Source of the DNA: Eledone cirrhosa
Taxonomy: Eukaryota
Direction: 5' to 3'
Length of the DNA stretch: 64,000 nt
Assembly (NCBI GenBank): GCA_964016885.1
Contig: OZ024751.1
Span: 17,608,001 to 17,672,000, forward strand
The notes under the pieces are model-generated. The model saw only the letters and a list, made by a program, of their open reading frames with translations. It was not told the origin of the DNA and did not search any database. Positions 52,648-64,000 of this stretch are shown here, piece after piece (within the stretch, counting starts at the first letter, position 1; every line of letters begins with the position of its first letter). Position numbers and translations under genes: made by a program.

Positions 52648-54020
52648 GTAACATCACAACAGTAACACTAACAACAACAACAGTAACATCACAACAGTAA
52701 CACTAACAAAAACGGTAACCTAACAACAGTAACACTAACAACAACAGTAACATCACAACAGTAACACTAACAACAATAGTAACATCACAACAGCAACACT
52801 AACAATAGCAACAGTAACATCACAACAGTTACACTAACAAAAAACAACATAACATCACAACAATAACACTAACAACAACAGTAACATCATAACAGTAACA
52901 CTAACAACAACAGTAACATCACGGCAGTAACCCTAACAACAACAGTAACACTAACAACAACAGTAACATCACAACAGTAACACTAACAACAACAACAGAA
53001 ACATCACGGCAGTAACACTAACAACAACAACAGTAACATCACAACAGTAACACTAACAACAACAGTAACATCACGGCAGTAACACTAACAACAACAACAG
53101 TAACATCACAACAGTAACACTAACAACAACAGTAACATCACGGCAGTAACACTAACAACAACAGTAAAACTAACAACAACAGTAACATCACAACAGTAAC
53201 ACTAACAACAACAACAGAAACATCACGGCAGTAACACTAACAACAACAACAGTAACATCACAACAGTAACACTAACAACAACAACAGAAACATCACGGCA
53301 GTAACACTAACAACAACAACAGTAACATCACAACAGTAACACTAACAACAACAACAGAAACATCACGGCAGTAACACTAACAACAACAACAGTAACATCA
53401 CAACAGTAACACTAACAACAACAGTAACATCACGGCAGTAACCCTAACAACAACAGTAACACTAACAACAACAGTAACATCACAACAGTAACACTAACAA
53501 CAACAACAGAAACATCACTGGAGTAACACTAACAACAACAACAGTAACATCACAACAGTAACACTAACAACAACAGTAACATCACGGCAGTAACCCTAAC
53601 AACAACAGTAACACTAACAACAACAGTAACATCACAACAGTAACACTAACAACAACAACAGAAACATCACGGCAGTAACACTAACAACAACAACAGTAAC
53701 ATCACAACAGTAACACTAACAACAACAGTAACATCACGGCAGTAACACTAACAACAACAGTAAAACTAACAACAACAGTAACATCACAACAGTAACACTA
53801 ACAACAACAACAGAAACATCACGGCAGTAACACTAACAACAACAACAGTAACATCACACCAGTAACACTAACAACAACAACAGTAACATCACAACAGTAA
53901 CACCATCAACAAGAAATACATTACCACAACAAGGCCAGCAGTTTCAACGACGTAATCACAACAACGTTACAATCACAACAACATCAAGTCCACCACCACC
54001 CACATAACAACAACTGTAAC
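50310..54020. repeat. 3.7-kb (CAA)-derived minisatellite with higher-order repeats
   Basis: Units GTAACATCACAACA and GTAACACTAACAACAACA. A ~560-575 bp block is present three times (markers at 51012, 51571, 52145). Stops in all frames. Confidence 0.92.
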
Positions 54021-54265
54021 AATGGCTATTGATTTATCGATTAATATGATCAATGAGTTCAATCAACCTACACGTCCCACTAAATAATTTATACGTATAG
54101 ATTTCTGCGTATATGAATTATCATGTGCGTGTATATATATATAGTTTGTGTGCACATGTATATTTATATATATATAGTTTGTGTGCACGTGTAACTACAT
54201 ACAAGAAACACACATACGCACACATAGACTCACACATCCACACACGCATCCACACACACACAGAC

Positions 54266-54297
<32 letters not shown>

Positions 54298-54695
54298 CTG
54301 TGTGTGTGTATGTATGCACATATACCTGACGTTTTTATATCTATTATATAGCCACCTTTCCGTCTCTCCGGAATATATACACATATATATACACATACAT
54401 ATATATATATATACATATAGATATATAGATATATATACATACACACACACACACACACATATATATATGTATATATATATATGTGTGTGTGTATGTATGT
54501 ATAAATATATGTGTGTGTATCTATGTATATATATGTGTGTGTGTATGTATGTGCATGTCTGTGTATGTCTGTGCATACAAGAACCCATTGTTTATTATAT
54601 TGTATACAGTAATGAAGCAATGTAAAGGTCGATAGAGCGGAAAGAGAATACAGCCTGTATGTATATATACATATACATATATATATATATATACA

Positions 54696-55150
54696 TGGTG
54701 GCTGCCAACTCGTTTTCGAGTACGGCCACTACTTTATATCCATGTAGGAGAACCCCTACAGATGCGCTGAACGAGTGTGACTTTTTAGTCCAGCCAGCGA
54801 CTTGACAACTCTGGTACAAACACTACACTTGTGACAATTATTGACACATACTGCTGGGCCCATGGTACCATGTGACGACAAGTGCAGAGAGATCTCCAGA
54901 TGCAAAACAATGCCTGTGCCGTGAAGCTTTTATAGTGAGCAAAGGCACTGCACAAAGCCAGTCCCACTCTCTTAACCAAGATGATATTTACCAAAAAGAA
55001 GAACAAGTCAACATCATAGGATACCATCAGGGTTGCAGGTGTTATATGAGAGTTTTCCTTCTCCTAGAATTCTGCCTTGACAAAGGCTAAGGGGTCATAT
55101 TCCCCCGTTGATTTTGGATGGCCATTGACTCTTAAGAGCTCCTTTGCCCT
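54696..55150 (-). mobile_element. Repeat family C, 5' truncated
   Basis: Close reverse complement of 58320-58776. Confidence 0.8.
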
Positions 55151-55264
55151 TTTATATAATAATATATATAATAATATTTACGAGTCAGCGAGAGAGTTTG
55201 AAATTATTATATATTATCTATATACATACATACATATATAGATACACATATATGCACTACGTAC

Positions 55265-55351
<87 letters not shown>

Positions 55352-55396
55352 TAAATATATATTTATATATATATATATTTCTAGGGGGGGGGGGGT

Positions 55397-55808
55397 AAAA
55401 TTCCCGAGATCCATGGACGAGTTCCCTCCAAATGTCTCTGTCCCTCATTATCGGTGCTATGTCCTGCGTCTCCAACAGACCAGTGTCTGTCGTTAGGGCA
55501 TCAACATACGTTAACCTCGTTCTACCTCTTCCAGTGTGTCCATGCATGGCCTCCCACAGGAGCACTGAGTGCAATGTCAACTCTGGATGTCGGTGAGCAT
55601 GTCCGGCTAACCTCAGCCTCCTCTGCATCACTTATGAGCTGACTTTTGGGAGGCTCCCATACAGCTCTGAGTTTTTCATCCTCAGTGTATACTGATTAAT
55701 GTCACAGAGCCATCCTCAGCATTCTCGTGTAGCACCCATCCACCATCTGATTGGGTTTCTTGGTCAGTGTCCAAGTCTCAGACCCGTACAGCAGCACAGA
55801 CACCACTA
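55397..55808 (-). mobile_element. RTE-clade LINE 3' fragment
   Basis: SVLLYGSETWTLTK..DGCYTRMLRMAL and [14 protein letters not shown]...RGRTRLTYVD. Confidence 0.88.
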
Positions 55809-55823
55809 CACACACACACACAG

Positions 55824-55906
<83 letters not shown>

Positions 55907-55908
<2 letters not shown>

Positions 55909-56094
55909 AAGGAATTGTGCTAAGGAACCAGATGTACCATAACGCCCCAGAGTACTCGATCCTTAGGGTAGTAGAGTGGGAAATAGGAAAAAGTATGACC
56001 CCGACCGCAGAGCTCAAGCCGTTTCGACGGTTATTTCCAAAAATAGTCGTCGAAGCGGCTTGAGCTCTGTCGTCGGGGTCATACTTTTTCCTAT
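55907..56094 (-). mobile_element. Fold-back element family P
   Basis: Inverted arms ~55983-56036/56041-56094; homologous to 3943-4132. Confidence 0.75.
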
Positions 56095-56120
56095 ATATAT
56101 ATATAGATATAGATATATAT

Positions 56121-56203
<83 letters not shown>

Positions 56204-56464
56204 CACTCTATTATGAATTCCAGTCCATGTGCAGTGGCTAGACAGAAACTCACACACACACATACACACAGACATATATGTATATATGAATAGGAAAGAG
56301 AGAAAACGAGAGAGTGAGAGAGAGAGAGAGAATAAGAGGAAACAAGATGTGGTGAAGAGAGGGATGAAAAACGACAGGAATAAATAAATAAATAAAGAAA
56401 GACTGTTTGACTGCCAGAGATTAAGGTGTGAGAGAAATCAGCAAATGACTAAGTTTTATATATA

Positions 56465-56627
<163 letters not shown>

Positions 56628-56700
56628 ACATTATGAAGAGAGAAGAAACATTTAGATATAATTAGTAATAAAATGTATCATACCTAAACTGCTCCTAAAT

Positions 56701-56790
56701 TCCTCGACTACGTAGTTTCGTGGCATAAACAAAAACAATATATCATAAAGATATAGAGTCCCTGCGAGGTCTGCCGACTTATCAAGAGGA
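56701..56790 (-). ncRNA. Hammerhead ribozyme, U3-A8 core variant
   Basis: Minus strand: TCCTC-TTGATAA-GTcGGCA...TGCCAC-GAAACTACGTAGTC-GAGGA. Confidence 0.75.
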
Positions 56791-57295
56791 TACCTCATTT
56801 TACTAGTCTCAAGAACGCGTCTACACGACGTGAGAAAGAATCCCAAAAGGCGGAGGGGGAGATAGTCACGCGATATAACGGTCGAGAAACAGAGCTAAGC
56901 CTCTTATAACCACGAAGAAAATACCACGGAGGCGGAGGGGGTATTCATATCGAGGCCGCAGAAGAAGTGGTGAAGAAGGCTAGAAGTATGAGTAATGGAA
57001 GCTTTCCAGTTGTCCCCACACTTCAAAGATTGCTCGACCAGAGGGAGTTATTAACAATATATTTAGAAACACACAGATACATGCGGACACACACATATAT
57101 ACATGAATGCATCCGCACCCAACTGTGAGTTAAGGGTGCCAACTTCACCGATGTTGCTCAATGAATGACCGGGACAGACCAATTCAGTTGAACCAGACTG
57201 AACCAGTATCAGAGTTAAAAATACATTATGAAGAGAGAAGAAACATTTAGATATAATTAGTAATAAAATGTATCATACCTAAACTGCTCCTAAAT

Positions 57296-57385
57296 TCCTC
57301 GACTACGTAGTTTCGTGGCATAAACAAAAACAATATATCATAAAGATATAGAGTCCCTGCGAGGTCTGCCGACTTATCAAGAGGA
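57296..57385 (-). ncRNA. Hammerhead ribozyme, U3-A8 core variant (second copy)
   Basis: Identical to 56701-56790, offset by 595. Confidence 0.75.
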
Positions 57386-57813
57386 TACCTCATTTTACTA
57401 GTCTCAAGAACGCGTCTACACGACGTGAGAAAGAATCCCAAAAGGCGGAGGGGGAGATAGTCACGCGATATAACGGTCGAGAAACAGAGCTAAGCCTCTT
57501 ATAACCACGAAGAAAATACCACGGAGGCGGAGGGGGTATTCATATCGAGGCCGCAGAAGAGGTGGTGAAGAAGGCTAGAAGTATGAGTAATGGAAGCTTT
57601 CCAGTTGTCTCCACACTTCAAAGATTGCTCGACCAGAGGGAGTTATTAACAATATATTTAGAAACACACAGATACATGCGGACACACACATATATACATG
57701 AATGCATCCGCACCCAACTGTGAGTATGTATATATATATATATATATATACATATATATACATCCGCACCCAACTATGTATGTATATATATATATATATA
57801 TACATATATATAC

Positions 57814-57844
<31 letters not shown>

Positions 57845-57863
57845 CATATATAAATATATATAC

Positions 57864-57910
<47 letters not shown>

Positions 57911-58167
57911 CATATATAAATATATATATATATATATATATGTATACACAAACATACATATAAACATATATACATACATATATATATATATATATATGCA
58001 TATATATATATATATATACTTATATATACATATATATATACATATATATACATATATATATATATGTGTATATATATATATATACATATATATATACATA
58101 TATATATATACATACATATATATATACATACATATATATATATATATGTTTGTATATATATATTTAT

Positions 58168-58775
58168 GTCAGGTCACCAGTTGGTGCTACTGGTAACATG
58201 TATCCCAGTACAACCTGTCTCATGGTCGGGTCGTTGGCGACTAAACTGGCAACCCCACCAAGGTTTCTTGGTGAGGAGGGTGACTTTGGACATCCTGCAG
58301 GACTAAAAACAAAACCTGTCAAAGGGCAAAGGAGCTCTTAAGAGTCAATGGCCATCCAAAATCACCGGGAGAGATGACCCCTTAGCCTTTGTCAAGGCAG
58401 AATTCTAGGAGAAGGAAAACTCTGATATAACACCTGCAACCCTGATGGTATCCAATGATGTTGACTTGTTCTTCTTTTTGGTAAATATCATCTTGGTTAA
58501 GAGAGTGGGACTGGCTTTGTGCAGTGCCTTTGCTCACTATAAAAGCTTCACGGCACAGGCATTGCTTTATATATGGAGATCTCTCTGCACTTGTCGTCAC
58601 ATGGTACCATGGGCCCAGCACTATGTGTCAGTAATTGTCACAAGTGTAGTGTTTGTACCAGAGTTTTCAAGTCGCTGGCTGGACTAAAAAGTCACACTCG
58701 TTCAGCGCATCGGTAGGGGTTCTCCTACATGGATATAAAGTAGTGGCCGTACTCGAAAACGAGTTGGCAGCCACC

Positions 58776-58776
<1 letters not shown>
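58168..58776 (+). mobile_element. Repeat family C, apparently full-length (~610 bp) non-autonomous RTE-like element
   Basis: Starts GTCAGGTCA like the other copies, contains TCTAGGAGAAGGAAAACTCTGA (a motif I associate with RTE 5' UTRs), and ends GGCAGCCACCA-(TA)n. Confidence 0.65.
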
Positions 58777-58806
<30 letters not shown>

Positions 58807-59144
58807 TATTCATATACATACATATATATATATACATTAATATATATACATACATACATATATATAATATATATATATATTTACAAAAGATGTCAGCCAA
58901 CAATAACCAGGTATTTTATGGCACAAGAGTGTCCATTAATTATTCTTTAATCAATGGATCAATCATTCGTTTAATCTCTTATTCTTTTATTCCATTCTCT
59001 TGACCTATATTGATTTATTACATTCTTTATTTCTATTTCAATGAGTTTCTTCTTTGTTTCTCTTCTAGTTTCACTTTCACTTTTTTTTTATTATTTATTT
59101 GCTTATTTGCTTCTCACATTTCGTTCAGATATGTGTATAGGTGT

Positions 59145-59222
<78 letters not shown>

Positions 59223-59464
59223 GTATACATCTATCGATATATATTTATATCTTTATATATACATAAATAAATACATATATATATATGTCTGTGTCTGTGT
59301 GTGTTTTCATGTATGTATGTATGGAAAACGTAAATGGAAACAACAAACCAAACAATACAATTCAATGGGAAATTATATTAGTTTAACGCTAGATATAGTA
59401 AAAAAAAGTCTTCACGTTTCATACTAATATATATATATATGTATACACACATACATATATACAT

Positions 59465-60273
59465 GATGGCTGCCCCCTCGTTATCGAGTATGGCTATTGC
59501 ACGAGATACCATTATTAATAATTATTAATTAATTCTATCGTGCGTGAAGATATTTTTAAAGTGAGGAAAGTCTGTGCACTGAGCCAATCCCACTCTCTGA
59601 ACGACAGTAGCTATAACCCGAAAAGAAGAAAAGATCAACATCATCGGTTACTACTGAGCCGCAGGTTTTATATCGGAGTTATCCCAGTTTTCTGAGTTGC
59701 CTTCTCCTAGAAGAATGCCCTGACAAAGGCAAGGGTCCTTCACTCCCAGTGGTTTAACCGCGCGATCGGGTGTCCAGCCCGACTATTTTTATGTCCCCGC
59801 GCATATACATACACATGAACCCATGTATATACACATATACATATACATACATATGTACATGTGTACATGTGTATATACACATTTACACACTTTTGGATGG
59901 CCGTTGACTCTTATGAGTTCTTCCGCCCTTTGTCAGGTTTTGTTTTTTGTCCTGCAGGGTGTCCAAAATCACCCCCCTCACTAAGTAAACTTGGGTTGCC
60001 GGTTTAGTCGCTGACGACCCGACCATACCACAGGTTGTACTGGCTTACATGTTACCAGTAGCACCCAAGATTGACCCGACGTAACATACATACATACATA
60101 CATGATGGCGGCTGCAAACTCTGCTAAGAGTATTGCAATCACATGTCAGATTACAGAAAATAGTGCACTTTCAGGGGAAAGACCTTGCACTCGACCAATC
60201 TCACTCTCTGAACATCGAAAACACTACCCGAAAAGGAGAACTGCTCAACATCAGTTCTATTCCTGTAGAAGCC

Positions 60274-60275
<2 letters not shown>
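59465..60275 (-). mobile_element. Family C relatives (59465-59800, 59892-60081, 60103-60270)
   Basis: Shared CCTTCTCCTAGAA, GCAGCC(G/A)CCAT ends and CGACTAAACCGGCAACC. Confidence 0.6.
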
Positions 60276-60343
<68 letters not shown>

Positions 60344-60470
60344 ATAATAATAAATTTGAAGACTAAAATCCAAATTTGATGAATAAGGATAAATATATAT
60401 CAAATATATAAGAATCGTAGAGCAAATAAGGGCGAAAGCAGCGATTCTTTGCTTAAACTTTAATCTGTTA

Positions 60471-60583
<113 letters not shown>

Positions 60584-60719
60584 AGCAAGTGGTTTTTTTT
60601 TTTTTTTAAATGAAAAATAACCGAGGTGTCCTACACGAGTGAATGTATAAGGAAAACAGATGAAATCAAAAATGCAACTGGAGTCTTTTTTTTTTTAAAT
60701 ATATATATTTATTTGGTTC

Positions 60720-60755
60720 CTTTACCGGTTTCGCAGTTCCTCTGATTTTCAAAAG
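60720..60755 (-). ncRNA. Minimal hammerhead ribozyme, U3-A8 variant
   Basis: Minus strand: ctt-TTGAAAA-tCAGaggaaCTGc-GAAACCGGTA-aag, followed by AATAAA; the element abuts (TA)n at ~60580. Confidence 0.55.
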
Positions 60756-61311
60756 TAGAGTTGACATGGAGGGTCTGTGGTTTTTCTCAAATCTGGTTGG
60801 TCTTTGAATGTTACTTCTATTTTATATGGAAAAAAGTGGCTCGAAATGCCTGGTTTTTAGAGAAGTAATTTGATTGGTTGATGAATAAGTATAACAAATT
60901 TCGTGCCAGTTCCCGTTACAAAGTTCTTCATACGAAGTGGGGGCTCAGGTTGTGTTTTCATATATGAGTGAAGTTTGGTTGGTTGATGCAGTCACGTGTA
61001 TAAGCACATCAGCTTTCGCGCCAGTTTGTGTTTGAATTTCTTTTTACTTTAAAAAAGTGGCTCAAGAAGGCTTTTTTTTTTATTATATAAATGTAATTTG
61101 ATTGGTTATAAATGAAATTATGACTGTCATGTGAACAAGTACATTAAATTTCGCGCCCGTATTTTGGAATTTTTTTACAGCCATTTAGAAAATGTTGTGC
61201 CAAACAAAAGATAATGGTCAAGAAAAAGGGATGGAGAGAGTTGTTCTGAGTATGACTGATGTGTTGAAATGTAATTTGATTGGTTATAAATGAAATTATG
61301 ACCGTCACGTG

Positions 61312-61389
<78 letters not shown>

Positions 61390-61392
<3 letters not shown>

Positions 61393-61742
61393 ATAGAAAA
61401 CGAATAATCAGTGATGAATCTGAACTCAATTTATTGTGTGTTCCAATTGTTTCGCCGGCGGACAGCTCGAGGCGCGTGGATATCATTGTGTGGATATCAG
61501 TGAGAGTGACAGAATATGCTCCGAAATCATTAGACGTGTCCGTCGAACCTGCGGGTCCAGAATCAAACAGATCCACACAATGATCGCGTCTCGAGCTGTC
61601 CGCCGGCGAAACAATTGTAACACACAAAAATTGAGTTCAGAAGCATCACTGATTTTTCGTTTTCTATTACATCATACTATTCTCTGTAAGAGCATAGAGT
61701 GCTCAACCGGCATACCGCCTATGGAAGCATCTTAGCTACCAT
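61390..61742 (+). mobile_element. Penelope-like pLTR fragment with 5' inverted arm and decayed HHR (61536-61623)
   Basis: Arms 61390-61498/61570-61668; gtgt-CCGTCGA-acctgcgg...ccgccggc-GAAACAATTGTA-acac. Confidence 0.7.
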
Positions 61743-61767
61743 CACACACACAGACACACACACACAT

Positions 61768-61849
<82 letters not shown>

Positions 61850-61923
61850 CACACTCTACTATCCTAAGTATTGAGTACTCTGGTGCGTTACGGTTCATCT
61901 GGTTCCTTACCACAATTCCTTCG

Positions 61924-61998
<75 letters not shown>

Positions 61999-62004
61999 AA
62001 TTTG

Positions 62005-62190
62005 CAAGGCTGAGGAGGTTGTGAGTTCGATTCCTGAACCAGGCCATGCGTTATGTCGTTGAGCAAGAAACATTATTTCACGTTGTTCCTTCTACCTGGA
62101 GTTGCGACCGATAGATAGTATTAGCAATTGGAAAGACCAACGGAAACATTGTTTTCTCGGTCTGATTTGACGGAAGTCGATTGTTCCTTT
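62005..62190 (+). mobile_element. SINE family B, extended-tail subfamily, 5' truncated
   Basis: B-box, CORE-like motif and tail match 37240-37460. Confidence 0.75.
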
Positions 62191-62209
62191 ATGTATATAT
62201 ATATATATG

Positions 62210-62825
62210 TGTTATAATAAATGTTCGTTATAATAAATGTTCGGGGAATCCATACGTACATATATATATGTGTGCATGTATGTATATATATATACATACT
62301 ACTGTATGTATGTATACATATATGTATGTACGTTTACATACTTATATTTAAGTAACAGCCGTACTAAGAGTGGGAAATGAAATTTCGTTTCATTTTTTCC
62401 GTTTATCGTTTTCGGTGCACCCGGTCGATTAACCAACTGGATATGCAAATTGGGCAACTCAGCCGTTAATATGCATAAGGTAAGTATATACGTTTAACAA
62501 TCTGGCAGGAAGGTATACGTTGCTGACGATAGCTAATGAACTTGAAACTAGTACAGCGTTCCTCTGTCAGTGTTGAACAAACGAGCAACGATGGTTGCTA
62601 GACACTACGGCTTAATACGGGATGTTTGTTTACAAACACACCGAGCGTTATAATAAATGTTCGGTGAATCCATACGTACATATATATATGTGTGCATGTA
62701 TGTATATATATATACATACTACTGTATGTCTGTATACATATATGTATGTACGTGTACATACTTATATTTAAGAAACAGCCGTACTAAGAGTGGGAAATGA
62801 AATTCGTTTCATTTTTTCCGTTTAT
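62210..62825 (+). mobile_element. Retrozyme-like element family R1: 420-bp monomer, ~1.4 copies
   Basis: 62226-62406 repeats at 62646-62825; homologous to 8607-9323 with the same 3' boundary. Confidence 0.82.
62517..62559 (+). ncRNA. Minimal type-I hammerhead ribozyme
   Basis: acgttg-CTGACGA-tagctaatgaactt-GAAACTAGTA-cagcgt. Confidence 0.75.
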
Positions 62826-62828
62826 ATA

Positions 62829-62895
<67 letters not shown>

Positions 62896-62944
62896 AATAA
62901 GTTGTGAATATAAAATACATACATAATATACTCACACACACACG

Positions 62945-62989
<45 letters not shown>

Positions 62990-63275
62990 CATCAGATTTG
63001 AACTCGAGATACTTATGCTTATAGTCCAATACGTAATCACGTTGGCCATCTGGCAACTGGCAATGTGACGTAATTAGACTCTAATAGTTCTTATGAACAT
63101 AATCAGCTTTTAGTATTGTTCAGATGTTCAGGGGCTTCTCTCGTTTTTTATGTTGTTATGGAAGATCTATGATACCTCAAGTTAGCTAGAGCATATTGAA
63201 ATATATACAGATATTCATAGATAATTTACACAGACGCTAATATACATACATACACACATACACACACAAATAGAT

Positions 63276-63338
<63 letters not shown>

Positions 63339-63375
63339 CGTATATGCCTATGTTCATATAAAATATATACATTTG

Positions 63376-63417
<42 letters not shown>

Positions 63418-63451
63418 GCTATATGTAAATAATATAAATGTATATACATAC

Positions 63452-63610
<159 letters not shown>

Positions 63611-63631
63611 CACATATATATATATACATAC

Positions 63632-63662
<31 letters not shown>

Positions 63663-63691
63663 CATACATATATATATACATATATATATAC

Positions 63692-63825
<134 letters not shown>

Positions 63826-64000
63826 CCATACATACATATACATTTCATATACACATGTGTACATCCTTTGTATTTACACTTAGTCGTCTCTTTATCTTAA
63901 GTAGTATATGTTGTTGATATTTATACAACACTACTCCAACTAGTTTTCTGAACGATTAGCTTTGATCTCGTGAATCTCATATCTACAACTTGTAAGTCTT

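Noticed and set aside
50310-54020. Mucin-like Thr-rich coding repeat or CRISPR-like array
   Set aside because: The 14-bp unit breaks frame with frequent TAA stops; there are no unique spacers and no cas genes

Overview
AT-rich, microsatellite-saturated eukaryotic non-coding DNA. The dominant tRNA-derived SINE and the repeat landscape suggest an octopod cephalopod (inference from memory, not a database result). No host protein-coding gene is confidently present, and nearly all ORFs in the track are simple-repeat artefacts. Real coding remnants are all retroelement: a ~3.1 kb 5'-truncated Penelope-like element (RT + GIY-YIG, Naiad-like motifs, 37700-40807, minus), several RTE-clade LINE fragments and R4/Dong-like 3' ends. 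There are also two SINE families, hAT and piggyBac MITEs, a non-autonomous Helitron and large mini/microsatellites. The main hidden signal is RNA. I read 13 complete type-I hammerhead ribozyme (HHR) cores from about 10 unrelated sequence families, plus decayed and half copies. Almost all lie in short non-coding elements embedded in (TA)n tracts, with Penelope-style partial-tandem and/or fold-back inverted ends. Several look like retrozymes (420-595 nt HHR-bearing monomers), and three families use a compensatory U3-A8 core (UUGANAA). All structures and coordinates were read by eye and may be off by a few bases. Ribozyme activity is untested.
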